Notes: generated by a model from the sequence alone, not told the origin. Numbered from the stretch's first letter, positions 38,406 to 50,919 are shown. The stretch: DNA of 64,000 nt from Octopus vulgaris (GCA_951406725.2 OX597830.1:22382001-22446000), one strand, 5' to 3'. Made by a program: numbers and translations.

Positions 38406-40781
38406 CAGGTATAGACTGACTGTGCTAGAATAATCTGACTATGCTTTATTCTATTGACTAGTTTCAGTCAGTGGATGTGGCACTGATTTTAAGGGTTTAG
38501 TTGATCACAGAGAACTGAAACTGATTGATTGATTGATACATAGATATATACATCGTGTATGTATGCATTATATGTAGCATTTAACACTAAGGAATGTGAC
38601 ATGATTCGTTCTTTTGCTTGGATATTTGTAGCCAATCAGATTGCTCTTTTATGACACAGGCTGCTTTGTAGTCAGATCATTTCTGTTAATCAACCTTTGA
38701 TAAATTAACAGTTTTTGTCTGCAATTCTTTTGGTATCAAAAACTTATACTAAGAAGTAACCAGCCATTTTGAGTCACCTGTGTCTTATAAATACACAGAC
38801 AGTTTTTAATTTAACAAATCAGATTTGTCACCTTATCACCAGACTCCTTTGCTGGTCTGTGAGGAATATTCTCACGTTGCTGTTTTGAAGAATAAAACAT
38901 GAGTCTTTGGGGGTGGACTGTAGAGACTTTGGAAGATGCCCACTTTGTCAATTCCTCTAGCAACTGAGTTTTACAGAGGTAGCAATGAGGGCCAATCAAC
39001 CTGCAAGTGAAGCTTGCAGAGAAATTCACCAGGGAGTTTTGGGGTGAGAGAACTGGTTCATACACTTGCTGCTAGAATGCACGTTGGGGGCCTGATCAAC
39101 CTGGTGGGTTTGTCTGAGTGAGGGAGTTGGATATTGAAAAACTCAAAACATCAAAGAGTCACTTCAATTGATTTTTTAATGGCTTTGCGGGGTGACTGGG
39201 GAAATGTAAAGATGTGCACGACCACCCTTGGACGGTTTTGAATGACCATAGAAAGTGCAAGCCCTCTAACTGAAAAATTGTGGATTTGTATAAAGGAGAC
39301 GCATGCAGATAGACATTTTGCCGTTTATATATATAGAGATAATTGGTAGAACTTACATAGGTGTGCATAGATGGATGGATGAAGGGAAACACACACACAA
39401 AAGTCTAGTGGTGTGAGAACACATGGGAATGACGTTTCCTTACTTTTTCAAATATACCCAAATTTAAAATGATCTAATACAGAGGTTCTCAAACTTTTTG
39501 GGCCACCGCCCCCCCTCTCATGGCCACATAATACCCTCAGCGCTTCCACCCCTATTTTTATGATCCCAAAGAAAAGATCTCTTTAGTGTTGCATCAACAA
39601 TTTGTGATCTGACACCGTTATTTTGAATATTCTCCTCTCGAGATACCCTAACCAGTCGGTCATGAACAGCGGAAACAGAATCGGGTCTACATCTCCGTGC
39701 ATATTCAGACATCCGTTTCAGTCGCTTTGCCCTGGATTCATCTGATTCAGTTGCCCGTATTTCTCTTTGCCGTTGTGCTTTTGCTGCTAAATTTTCTCTT
39801 TCAGTCGCATATTATATATAAATGAAAGTTCGTTAAAAACCACCTTGTTTAGAGTGCTAGAAATAGCAGGGATCACATAGTTATTATTGTAAGGCTTATC
39901 GCATTCCAAATAGCTATACCAACAAAGTCACTTCATTAAAAAAAAAAAAAATTATACCGGTATATTAAAATTTATTTATCTTATCAAAAATATTAATTTA
40001 ACAAACTCCGGAAACTGATAATATTCTTGAAATTGTGCCTTGTATCAAAGTTATATAGGTATTATTAAATTATCATTAATGAAAATAGAGGCGAGCGAGA
40101 ATGAGACACTGTTGTAAATAAACGTTAAGTGTTGCCTACAACGAATTAAGGAAAGATAAATAAATAAATACGGGTGTACCTCTGTCAGCTGATTTGAACC
40201 AGTAAAAGAGACAGATAGCAAAAGAGAAAGAATGAAAGACAGATAAAAATTGAGTGAGGGAGATATTACCCCAATGATTCTAGACGTTTGTATAACCATT
40301 TAGCCGTCAATAAAGGATCTTCGTTTCCCGAAGGTAGAAACACGTAGTGGATATCTTCGAGTTTGCTCTGGACGAGTGGAAGTAAGGCTTCATTCGAATG
40401 CCACATACAGTCGACATAACTGGACTGGTTATCGAAGACTACAAATATGAGAGAACTGTTGGCGAATAAAGCACTCGGATATTTCAAAGTTCCTTCCAAG
40501 CTATTCAAAACAAAAGGAGGGGCCTTGTCGTTCGGTGTGTAAGTAAACCTGCCGAAGCCGTCAGTAGGTCGTTTGGGATTTCCGTGATGTTGCCGGGCTT
40601 TCAGATTCCTCAGGGCCACATTGTTTTGAAAACTTCGTAACTGACCCCTATGGGAAGTTGATAATTTCTGTATGTCCCTTCCGGGAATGTTTTGATATCG
40701 GAGTTGGTATTCACCGACAGAGAGACCAAACAAAAGATATACACAAAGTGTTAAGAAAGTCAGATTCATATGAGTAGCCAT
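18222..40781 (-). CDS. Signal peptide + PA domain + PNGase F-like peptide:N-glycanase (11 coding exons, 694 aa)
   Basis: All introns GT-AG with consistent phases: 40781-40270, 37087-36930, 35487-35300, 33860-33709, 31527-31390, 30523-30396, 27807-27639, 24622-24477, 22540-22419, 20276-20153, 18469-18222 (2085 nt). Motifs CPAWDR, ELGRWITPF, ITGHG, GCGEFC, YGRDGWCDG. Confidence 0.9.
18790..19157 (-). mobile_element. tRNA-derived SINE family A (representative copy)
   Basis: Head with A box TGGCTGTGTGG and B box GGTTCAGTCCC, internal (CA/TA)n. Other copies at about 26180-26545(-), 27220-27610(+), 29232-29637(+), 29874-30265(+), 37235-37597(+), 43970-44372(-), 44776-45158(-), 47635-48018(-), 49428-49770(-), 61817-62350(-). 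Confidence 0.9.
20153..20276 (-). CDS. PNGase F-like gene exon 10
   Basis: IYAVITGHGSDENGCGEFCVTSHHFNINGK. Confidence 0.92.
21307..21522 (-). mobile_element. tRNA-derived SINE family B (representative copy)
   Basis: Recurrent ggcacaaggcc...ccccagt...gaaaggatgaaaggcaaagtcgacctcggcagaatttgaactcagaa. Copies at about 20878-21050(+), 21545-21770, 30900-31100, 46215-46417, 50915-51072, 51820-52580 (array), 54600-55075 (array), 60068-60230. Confidence 0.85.
22419..22540 (-). CDS. PNGase F-like gene exon 9
   Basis: YPEEAKPLFLPGAVFDHNYNNHFKPYFF. Confidence 0.88.
22680..23207. mobile_element. piggyBac-type non-autonomous element
   Basis: TTAA-CCCCTTGAC ... GTCAAGGCG-TTAA termini. Confidence 0.7.
24477..24622 (-). 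CDS. PNGase F-like gene exon 8
   Basis: IGIWVTDVSPLLPLL...PWASPWKPSASLRF. Confidence 0.9.
24686..25500 (+). mobile_element. mariner transposon remnant
   Basis: Imperfect TIRs (aggtttgatcaaaaagtatcagg / cctgatgctttctgatcaagcct). Internal HDKAPVHSA and QPPYFPNL match the mariner HDNAPAH and PPYSPDL motifs. Confidence 0.8.
27639..27807 (-). CDS. PNGase F-like gene exon 7 (catalytic WDR and ELGRW motifs)
   Basis: LSCPGTRDEDCPAWDRTV...MELGRWITPFRR. Confidence 0.92.
30396..30523 (-). CDS. PNGase F-like gene exon 6
   Basis: MKFQNKLE...VPLFENATMQGKSGIVANVTLP. Donor chosen by phase of the next exon. Confidence 0.85.
31390..31527 (-). CDS. PNGase F-like gene exon 5
   Basis: FQNTPSQNFYMAIDPLGKLTEVGWMLYPS. 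Confidence 0.88.
33224..33451. mobile_element. piggyBac-type MITE (representative copy)
   Basis: TTAA-CCCTTTAG...CTAAAGGG-TTAA. Related copies at about 18535-18740, 21795-22015, 27846-28071, 32390-32602, 35625-35838, 57115-57340. Confidence 0.8.
33709..33860 (-). CDS. PNGase F-like gene exon 4 (PA domain)
   Basis: ITNVQAAGYKGAVIMMRPGEPLQDMNCNGEQC, phase consistent. Confidence 0.88.
34400..34715 (-). mobile_element. Composite element: tRNA-like head + (AAY)n + hammerhead-containing Penelope-type tail, with 5' inverted tail copy
   Basis: tRNA-like 34652-34580 (A box TGGCGTGGTGG, B box GAGTTCAATTC). Core CTGAAGA-aggccg..cagcc-GAAA at 34484-34453. 34655-34715 is an inverted copy of the tail. 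Second copy at 63535-63745. Confidence 0.7.
34784..34951. repeat. Perfect 78-bp inverted repeat with 12-nt spacer
   Basis: 34784-34861 is the reverse complement of 34874-34951. Confidence 0.92.
35300..35487 (-). CDS. PNGase F-like gene exon 3 (PA domain start)
   Basis: KRLDARYDWL...NGC...DKVALVYNNGCSIFQQ. Confidence 0.88.
36930..37087 (-). CDS. PNGase F-like gene exon 2
   Basis: AG/GT bounded, NFHFAIQSVSNLTNWIPDCLNEWACSDHGCG. Confidence 0.85.
39545..39810 (-). mobile_element. Helitron-like coding remnant
   Basis: AAKAQRQREIRATESDESRAKRL (Helitron N-terminal repeat-like) joined to RSQIVDATLKRSFLWDH (Pif1-helicase-like). Confidence 0.55.
40270..40781 (-). CDS. PNGase F-like gene exon 1 (signal peptide)
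   Basis: MATHMNLTFLTLCVYLLFGLSVGE hydrophobic leader, GT donor at 40269. Confidence 0.85.
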
Positions 40782-41055
40782 TGTACGAGGCTTTGATAAA
40801 ACTGAACTTCAAACTTGTGCTTTCACAGTTGTAAACACACCACTGTTCTCGTAACAATTTATATCTCTATCACTAATTACATCCAATCCAAACACGCCCT
40901 AGAAATTGGTTGTCAAGCGTGATCTCCCCTGATTTAGAATACCTACATATATTCACACGTACGTGTGTGTGTGTGTGATATATATATATTTATATATATT
41001 TCGTTTTGGGGTTTGGTTTGCAAGATTCTTTATATGAGTTCGTGTGTTGAAGCAT

Positions 41056-41335
41056 ATTCTGTTGTGTCTGGGGAGAGTCATTCTCTTTTAGTGCTTTATT
41101 ATTTAACACACTCACAGGTAAAATTTCCACTTATTTCTTATTTTTATTTTCTAAAATTTTCGTTGCGTCTTGCGTCTTTTCAACAATAGTCTTGACTGAC
41201 TATTGAATAAGGTTGCAAGACGCAACGGAAATTTTAGAAAATAAATATAAGAAATAAGTGGAAATTTTACCGGTGAGAGTGTTAAATAATAAGGCACTAA
41301 AAGAGAATGACTCTCCCCAGACACAACAGAATATA
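41056..41335. repeat. Palindromic element between (TA)n tracts, probably inverted PLE pseudo-LTRs
   Basis: About 115-bp arms (atattctgttgtgtctggggagagtc... / ...gactctccccagacacaacagaatat). Confidence 0.8.
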
Positions 41336-41348
41336 TATATATATATTG

Positions 41349-41394
<46 letters not shown>

Positions 41395-41395
<1 letters not shown>

Positions 41396-41870
41396 ACATG
41401 GAAAAATGCGAGCATAAAAAGTCATGTTCTTAAGATTATAATCCTGGAGAAGCAAAGGACAAGTTATTACACCAGGAAAAGTGTATGACAAGCTATTACT
41501 TCTAGTAAAGAATAAGAAACTTTTTACTTAAAATATTGCAGCAAAGAATGCCAGTTCTTCTAATTTATCACTCTTTACAGTTCTCATCTTTTAAATTTAT
41601 TGTACAAAACTGTTCAGCTAATTTGTAAGTTTGTCTAATTAGTCACTTCTGTATTTAAGGTAGTAAATTAGCCAAATTCTACTCAGATAAAATAAGTTTT
41701 GATATTCAAATTTTAATTTTAGATCCAATATTTTAAGTAAAAAGTTTCTCATTCTTTACTAGAAGTAATAGCTTGTCCTATACTTTTACAGGTGTAATAT
41801 CTTGTCCTGTACTTTTCCAGGTTTATAATCTTAAGAATATGACTCTTCATGCTTGCATTTTTCTATGTAA
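41395..41870. repeat. MITE-like element with about 145-bp imperfect inverted repeats
   Basis: 41395-41540 matches the reverse complement of 41725-41870. Confidence 0.75.
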
Positions 41871-42012
41871 TCCAAGATTTTTCCAGGCATTGCTGTTATA
41901 AGATAATTAATAATGTGTTGATTAATAATTCTAACCCTAATATATCACGTGAGATATATATATATATATATATATTTTACTTCATATATATATATATATA
42001 CATGACACATTC

Positions 42013-42218
42013 ATCTATTATATAAAATATGTTCTGTCTGTGTGTTTGTCTTGTAGGATCTCAGGCATCCTCCATCCAATTGTGCTCAAATTTGATATGT
42101 AATTACTGACGGTATCAGGGCGTGTATAAGTCTTGAAAAAATTACAAAAATTGATTCCAGGTGCAAATGCGATCAATAAAGCCGTGGGAACGTGCATTTG
42201 TATGGGCAAGTACATTAG
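42013..42218 (+). mobile_element. Non-autonomous Helitron-like element
   Basis: 5' TCTATTATATAAAA...ctgtctgtgtgtttgtc...aaatttg, 3' end ..gggcaagtacattag. A similar 5' end is on the minus strand at about 39335. Confidence 0.5.
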
Positions 42219-42768
42219 CTTAAAATTAGTTACTTAGTTCCCTAGGTTGTTGCCTTTCATCAAAAATCACCCCAAGTTGATTTCCTACATGTTTTATCGG
42301 ATAAACTTATTATTGTCCCAGGTACGTTCTCATAAATTCATCATGCTTTTCCATCTAGATTTACCTCCAGCTAACCCATTTGCATGTATCGTTTTTGTCC
42401 TGCTTTTCTTGTCAACTTGTACATAACTGCACCTTCCATTTTTAGTTGTTTTTGTACTGCTTAAAGGCACGTTTCTTTTCTGCCAAGCTTACTGTTTAAA
42501 CCATGTTTGTGTTCTCCCAGTCAACAGCCTTATCATTACTGGTACTTTAAACTCTTCGGTTGCACATTTGTGTGAATAAAATCGTTTTTCTTTGGAATAG
42601 AAAAAAAGCCTATTTTTATTTCTTCTTTTGCTGGTATCTCAAATTTAGGTCAAATCAGTGTTTCTCAAAGGGGAGGCCTATGGGACAGTCAGACAAGTTG
42701 TTTTGAGAAAATTTGGTTTAAATGTTTGACAACTCAGCACCGTCCATTGAACGGTGGGTGTTTTGCTT

Positions 42769-42769
42769 G

Positions 42770-42803
<34 letters not shown>

Positions 42804-42804
42804 T

Positions 42805-42865
<61 letters not shown>

Positions 42866-43032
42866 TATATACACATATATATATATATATATACATATAT
42901 ACACACACACACACATATATATATACATAATATACATACACATATATATATATATATATATATACTTTAAATAAAGTATATATATATATATATATACACG
43001 CACACACACATATATATATACATAATATACAT

Positions 43033-43069
<37 letters not shown>

Positions 43070-43070
43070 C
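42769..43070. repeat. Compound (TA)n/(CA)n microsatellite
   Basis: Direct inspection. Similar tracts at about 3000, 45600-45830, 47185, 56385, 62000-62190. Confidence 0.95.
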
Positions 43071-43242
43071 TTTATTTAAAGCAGCAGAAAATTCAACAAA
43101 ACCTGTTACTCTGAGTTTCCCATTGCTCAGAGTAACAGGTTTTGTTGAATTTTCTGCTGCTTTAAATAAAGCATATTACTCTACCCCTGGTATTTGAGTA
43201 CTCTTTTTTCCACCTTGTTTCACATTTATGTGTTTACTCCGG
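43070..43242. mobile_element. PLE pseudo-LTR-derived hairpin element
   Basis: Inverted arms tttatttaaagcagcagaaaattcaacaaaacctgttactctgag. The right part is the reverse complement of 6186-6271. Another copy at 58455-58640. Confidence 0.8.
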
Positions 43243-45712
43243 TATATATATATATACCAATATACATACATATATCTATATACATACATATATAAACAGA
43301 AACACACACACACATATATAAAATTGTGAAGAGGTATGGCTTAGATGTTAGGGTGTATTGCTCATGATTGCAAGGTCGTGTGTTTGATTCCCAGTGGTGG
43401 TTTGTGCCTTCGAGTAACATGCTTTATTTTGCATCATATATATATATATATATATATATGATGAAAGCTGATACAATAATGAGTATGTTTATTGTTTGCG
43501 AATGAGCTGAGTTGCAAAACAATAACAATTTTCATTTTTTTAAACCTAACTGATGATTTATAGCTTTTACCACAACTACAAGTCTCTTTCCAATTAACTA
43601 CAATACAGAATCATGACAATTAATATTGTTTGTAGGCATATGTTTTTTTTTTTTACTGGTGGTGATAATCTATTTTTAGAATGCTTTGTTTCATGTAATC
43701 TTGTGTGGTTAACAAGACTGCTTTTGTATTTCAGATAAGAGACCTTTTGTACACTGTGATGTTGTTGCACATAATGAGAAAGATCTTTAAACTTTAATGG
43801 ATAAAATTTCATTAACAAATAACCTGTCAGGCCTAACAATAATATTGATAAAAATAGTTATGCGTATAACAAACCTTGGAAAGCTTTGTGTGGATCCTAA
43901 AATAGCAATCAATGATAAAACATATCTTCCTTCAAATATCTTGGCAGCATGCTAAATGAAGATTTACTCTTTTACTTCTTTCAGACTGTGTCCATGCTGG
44001 AGCACCACCTTTAGTCGAGCAAATCGACCCCAGGATTTGTTCTTTGTAAGCCAAGTACTTATTCTATCAGTCTCTTTTGCCGAACTGCTAAGTTACGGGG
44101 ACGTAAACACACCAGCATCGGTTGTCCAGCGATGTTGGGGGGACAAACACAGACACATATACACACACACATACATATATATATACACACACACACACAC
44201 ACATATATACAACGGGATCCTTTCAGTTTCCGTCTACCAAATCCACTCACAAGGCTTTGGTCGGCTCGAGGCTATAGTAGAAGACACTTGACCAAAGCGC
44301 CACAAAGTGGGACTGAACCCAGAACCATGTGGTAGGTAAGCAAGCTACTTACCACACAGCCAGTCCTATGCCTAAAGATGTAAATCTTTATGGCAAAATT
44401 GCAAATATAATTCAGAAATCATAAATATCTTTTGGATAATTACAATCTTCATAATGGTCTCAATGATATATAAAAATGTGACACAACAATAGCTGTTTTT
44501 CAAAACATGCATTTTGGAGTATGTATGTATAAATGCATACTTCTTTTGTATTGTATGACACACAAGCACTCTTATGATTCCACCAGGAGTTGAGGGTTCA
44601 AGCAAGAAAGAAAGCTATGTGCTGTGTTTGTTTGAGCTGGGATTGATGAAGAACCACCACCACTGCTGCACCCCCCAGTTCTGCCCATGAACCCTCAAAG
44701 TAGCTTCTCAAATCATTCCATACTATCTTAAAAAAGGAGAGCACATTGGACAAAGCAGTCCAAGATGCGTTATACTCTTTTACTTGTTTCAGTCATTTAA
44801 CTGTGGCCATGCTGGAGCACTGCCTTTAGTTGAAGAAATTGACCCTAGGACTTATACTTTGTAAGCCTAGTGCTTATTCTACCGGTCTCTTTTTACCGAA
44901 TAACTAAGTTACGGATACGTAAACACACCAGCATTGGTTGTCAAGCGATGTTGGGGGGAACAAACACAGACACATATATGTACGTATACATATATACGAT
45001 GGGCTTCTTTCAGTTTCCATCAACCAAATTCACTCACAAGGCTTTGGTCGGCCCAAGGCTATAGTAGTAGACACTTGCCCAAGGTGCCATGTAGTGGGAC
45101 TGAACCCAGAACCATGTGGTTGGTAAGGAACCTACTTACCACACAACCACTCCTGTGCCTATGTCTGTAGAAATAAAAAAAAAAAGAACAAGATGGTTCT
45201 GGTTGAAAGATCTTTGATCACAGGTCTGTTGGACTGAGATCAACTTAGTATTAAACAACAAGAACGACAACAACAACTATACCCTTATGAAAGTTTTAAT
45301 TACTGGACAAAAAAAAATATAGATTTCTGAGGATTTATTTATTAGAAAAAAAAGAAACAACAGAAAAATACAAACAAAATAAAAGTGTTATCACACATGA
45401 TTTTTGTAAATAAAAAAGAAAAAAAATATAAAACCATTTTGTTTTGTAATTTTTGAAAAAATATTTGCTTTAAATGTAAGCAACAAAATGAAAAAATGTA
45501 AAAGCATGTAAAAAAGATATCCACTCGTTTATTTCCATGGTATAGGTGTAAATATAAATATAATAGGTAAGTAGATAAGTGCAGGTGTATGTGTGCCTAT
45601 ACATATATAATATAAAGAAATAATATATATATATATATTATACATATATACACATACAAATATATATATATATATATATATTATACATATACATATATAC
45701 ACATACATACAA

Positions 45713-45778
<66 letters not shown>

Positions 45779-45950
45779 GTATATATACACATACATATAT
45801 ACATATACACATATGTACATATATATATAATGAGGGAGATAAATTGAATATTAATTTAATTAATATCAATTTAAAAACCAGTAGCCTAGTGTATAAAAAA
45901 TCTGAAAAATCAGAAAAAATTTCAATATATGTATATATATATATACACAC

Positions 45951-46176
45951 ACAGGGTGGTGCAAAAGTCTGGACCCATAGAGAACTTACAAAAAAGTATT
46001 TCTTATCTTTAACATGATTTTGATCATATAATCATCATATCTAATTTTATTTTTCTGTCTTTCAGATTGGTAGCCTTGGCAGAAAAGCTAACAATTTCAG
46101 AAAGAGTAGAACTTGTAAACCATAGATTGTTATATAATAAATTGCCTATGGGTCCAAACTTTTGTACCATCCTGTA
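45951..46176. mobile_element. Tc1/mariner-type MITE
   Basis: TIRs cagggtggtgcaaaagtctggacccatag / ctatgggtccaaacttttgtaccatcctg in TA context. Confidence 0.75.
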
Positions 46177-46179
46177 TAT

Positions 46180-46218
<39 letters not shown>

Positions 46219-46794
46219 TTTCAAACTTTGCTGGAAGGGTAGCAATTTTGGGGGAGGTGGATGAGTCGATTACATCAACCCCAGTGTTTAACTGGTACTT
46301 ATTTTACTGACTCCAAAAGGAGGCAAAGTCGACCTCGGCAGAATTTGAACTCAGAACGTGCAGACAGATGAAATGCTGCTAAGCATTTTGTGATAATGAT
46401 TCTGCTGGCTTGCCACCAGTTTTCCTCACCTTCATGTGACTTATGCTTTTGTGGGCTTATAAGATGAATCAATCTCATTAGATATTTAGATATCTTAATA
46501 AGATGGGTTTATTTTACAAGCCCACAAAACTTCAAGTCATATTGAACCAAGTTAAACTGTCATTAAAAATATATTTATAACACTTACTGAATGTAAAATG
46601 CATTGGGTGCTATTTTCTGCCATTTGTTCACTCACTCATGTGTGTATGTGTAGGTACTGTCATTGAAATTAAGTAGTGAGAGCCAGGTAGGAATGTATCT
46701 ACATCCTTAGGTTAATGACTTGACAATCTTATTATCATTATACAAATAGTAATTCATGGGAATATGTATATATATACATACACATATGAAGTTT

Positions 46795-46844
<50 letters not shown>

Positions 46845-46861
46845 AGAACAAAGTGTATATA

Positions 46862-46992
46862 TACAGGGTGTCCACAAAGTCTGGGTACATGGAATAAATA
46901 AAATCATAACATAAGCAATTAAATATAAGAAATAGTAATTTCTTAAAGTATGTGTTAATCCCCATGTACCCAGACTTTGTAGACACCCTGTA
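46862..46992. mobile_element. Tc1/mariner-type MITE
   Basis: TA-cagggtgtccacaaagtctgggtacatgg ... ccatgtacccagactttgtagacaccctg-TA. Confidence 0.85.
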
Positions 46993-47181
46993 TATGTAAA
47001 AAAATACAAAATGAGACAAGAATGCAAAACTTGGGGCTGGCCAGATTGGAGCAATCTCAAGATTAATCAGCCGAAATTGCGAGGATGATCCGGTTCCTGA
47101 TCGAAGATTAAAGGCTTCGAATGACCCGTCCGTGTTTTTTGTATCGTCTATCTGGATGTTTTGCGTTCTTGTCCCATTTTG

Positions 47182-47245
<64 letters not shown>

Positions 47246-47819
47246 CACACATTTGTTTCTGTGTATGTGTACAAGTTAATTTAAACAATGCAGGCTTATC
47301 AGTGAGTTTTACCTCATAATTGAGCAAGTGTAAACCAATTACAAAACATTGTTGCATAACCTGACACACAGAAACACACAAACATAAATTGAAAAAAAAA
47401 ACTACATAAATTAACAAGTATTCAATCAACACAATCATTGTTATCGTCATTGCTACTGTCATCAACAAATATTAGGTCAAGTTTAAAAAGTGATTGCAAT
47501 GTGTGTGTGTGTGTATGTATGTCTGTGACTACATGTGTAGCTATTTACACAAAATGTTTTTAAAAAAAAATCATCAATACTAGCTTCAACAATTTATAAT
47601 TTCAACATTTCCTTATGTAATTTTTCCTAAACTCTCTTTTACTTGTTTCAGTCATCTGACTGTGGCCATGCTGGAGCAACGCCTTTAGTCCAGCAAATCG
47701 ACCCCCAGGACTTATTCCTTGGAAGCCTAGTACTTATTCTATCGTAAACACACCAACATCAATTGTCAAGCAATGTTGGGGGGACAAACACAGACACACA
47801 AACATATACACACATGTAC

Positions 47820-47860
<41 letters not shown>

Positions 47861-50800
47861 TACGACGGGCTTCTTTCAGTTTCCATCTGCCAAATCCACT
47901 CACAAGACTTTGGTTGGTCCGAGGCTATAGCAGAAGACACTTGCCCAAGGTACCACGCAGTGGGAATGAACCCGGAACCATGTGGTTGGTAAGCAAGCTA
48001 CTTACCATACAGCCACTCTTTTCATTTCAAAACTCTCCAAATTACAGGGCTACCCACCTCAAGTTCTTCGTTATCAATCTCAACCTCCATTCTGTCAGCA
48101 TTAAAACCTAAAACTTGTTATTGTTAGCCTCGATTATGTTGTGTTGTCTATTATGAATTTATCATCATTAACATTAATTTCATCATCATCAACTTAACCA
48201 TTACGCTGTGTTTCCAATCCAGCAGGAATAAGTTAAATGTTAAATCTGCCAGATTCCTGGTAAGGCAGCCACTAACAACATATGCAGAAAAAGAAGATGC
48301 AGCTGATTCTGTTCATTAATTTTCCTGAAATCGTTACTCTTGAACTGTATATGCAACTTGTCATTTTTTTTCGCTCAGGTGCCCAGGTGGAGGGGTAAAG
48401 TTAGACAGAGGGGTCCAGATCTGAGAGGCTTAAATATCATTAGTGTAGGATGGAGTAAATTTTTTTTATGAACTGTCATTGACATCAGTGGTTACTTGTT
48501 GCTATTAAAAGTTTTGTAAAGGATTAAAAGTTTTGTGAAATAAAAATTGTTTCACCTTGCATTGTTGTAAATATGTATACATTAGCTGTACATAAAACTA
48601 CACACTATATTGTGTAATACAGGTAGTTAGTGTAAATCCCAGCTGTTTCTTCTTGAAGCACAGCTGTTTATTCTGTTATTACAATCAATAAGTATCCATG
48701 GTTGCTGATGTACGTAAGTCAAAATACATATAAAAATCAAGAATTATGGAAATATTATTTGCAGGGTTATTGTATAAACAAACTGGAGCATGTAAATTAT
48801 TTTGGTATTATTTTGTTTCCATTTCATCTGTTTCATTTGCCAATAGGAATTACAAAGATTTACATGTTATATAGACATGTAAATATTTGTAATTCCTACT
48901 AGGAAATGAAACATGTGTAATAGAAAATAAATAATATAAAAAAATTTCCACTTTCTTGTTTTGTTATACTACACTATACTATGGAGGCGCAATGGCCCAG
49001 TTGTTAGGGCAGCAGACTCACGGTTTCGATTCCCAGACCAGGCGTTGTGTGTGTTTAGTGAGTGAAAACACCTAAAGTTGCACGAGGCTCCAGCAGGGGG
49101 TAGTGGTGACCCCTGTTGCACTCTTTCGCCCCAACTTTCTCTCTCTCTTCTTGTTTCTTGAGTAATGCTGCGATGGACTGGTGTCCCGTCTAGCTAGGGG
49201 GAACACATACGCCACAGAAACTGGGCCCACGAGCCTGCCTGGTTAGGCTTGAAAAGGGTGCATAAAAAAATACTATACTATACATACACACACACAACAT
49301 GACAAAGAGAAAAATAAATAACATCAGTTTAAACTTTTGTTCACTGTTCCCATTTCTTAACTCTTTTCAATCCAGCTGGGTCATCTTTGGTAATCAAAAC
49401 CAGTTCTGTGTTGATTTCTCTTTTACCCTTTACTTGTTTAAGTCATTAGACTGTGGCCAAGCTGGGGCACCACCTTGAAGAGTTCAGTTGAACAAACTGA
49501 CCCCAGTATTTTCTTAAAGTCTGATATTTATTCTTGCAGGGACCTAAACAAATCAACATTGGTTGTCAAGCAGAGGAATGGGGGGGGGGAGGCACACAAA
49601 GACACATACACATCTATATGCATAACTTTTTTCAATTTCCACCAACTGAACCCACTCACACAAGGCTTTGGTCGACCCTGGAGCAACAGCAGAAGACACT
49701 AGCTCTAGGTGTCATGCAGTGGCACTGAACCCAAAACCATGTGGTTGGGAAGCAAGCTTTTTATCACTCAAATATGTTTATTTATTGACATTGAACTGAC
49801 TTTGATTACTGAAGATGCTTGTGCTGTAATTTTTTTGGGGAACTTGCTAGAATTGCAGGCGCTGGTACAGTTATGTATCAGCTTCAGCATTCAATCATCA
49901 GAAGATAAGAGGTCGGAAAAAAAGCCAAACATGCTACCTTCTGGTTGATTATCATGCTATAAATGTTGGGTAATGAACGAAAAAGTAAGATTGCGAATAC
50001 AAGCAGCCGAAAATAGGATTCCTACGAAGGAACTCTGAAGTAACATTACTCAACAGCAGGGACGTGCGGTGATCTTTCTAGCTGAGGAAGCAATGACCAA
50101 ACTTTTCTGTCACATATCTGAATCAAATTGACATGTTTATATTGTACAGCTATTTTTAAAATAAAAAAAAACATCACATTTTATATTAAGGGTGTTCTGT
50201 ACTGAACCTGGAACCATGTGTTTGGGAAGCAAGCATCTTACCACACAGCCATGCCTAGCAATGTAAGGTGTAGTAATTGTTAGTGATCAAAACTTGTAAT
50301 CCGTTACTAAATTTTTTAATGCTTACATTCTTTTACGATTCTGTGATAAATAATCCCTGATGTCAATGTCTATCCATTAAGAAAAAATTTGCTCCATCCT
50401 ACAGTGACAGCATTTAAGTTGATGATGATGAAATTGAAGGTGATGATGACAACAACATAATCAAAGCTGACAATAAATAAATTTGAGGTTGACGATGATG
50501 AATTTGGGGTTTTATGCACACAAGCACACAACATGCTTATGAGTTTTTTTTGTGCTACTTATCATTTTCTCTTATCTATGTTTTGCTGTTACTGGACAAA
50601 ACTACTTCCACATATCGCTATACTCTACAACATGTCTTGAGTACTTTCCTTCTTGCTCTTGAAGCAATAGATGTATATCTGTTTATATGGGGGTGTGTGT
50701 TCATTAGTTAAACAAACTTGAACCCCCCCCCCCCACACACACACACAACACAAATCTACATACACATACATCTAAACCTGTGCTTTGGAGAGAAACTTTC

Positions 50801-50874
50801 CAACCACAGAAATTCATGATAAATCATTACTGTTATATAATAAATTGCCTATGGGTCCAAACTTTTGTACTATC

Positions 50875-50919
<45 letters not shown>

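Noticed and set aside
42340-42660. Possible degraded GIY-YIG/PLE 3' end (KRFYSHK, SLAEKK)
   Set aside because: Too degenerate to support without a profile search.
42678-43042. YIYI/CVCV-rich ORFs here and at 45.5, 47.1, 56.3 and 62 kb
   Set aside because: Dinucleotide microsatellite artefacts.
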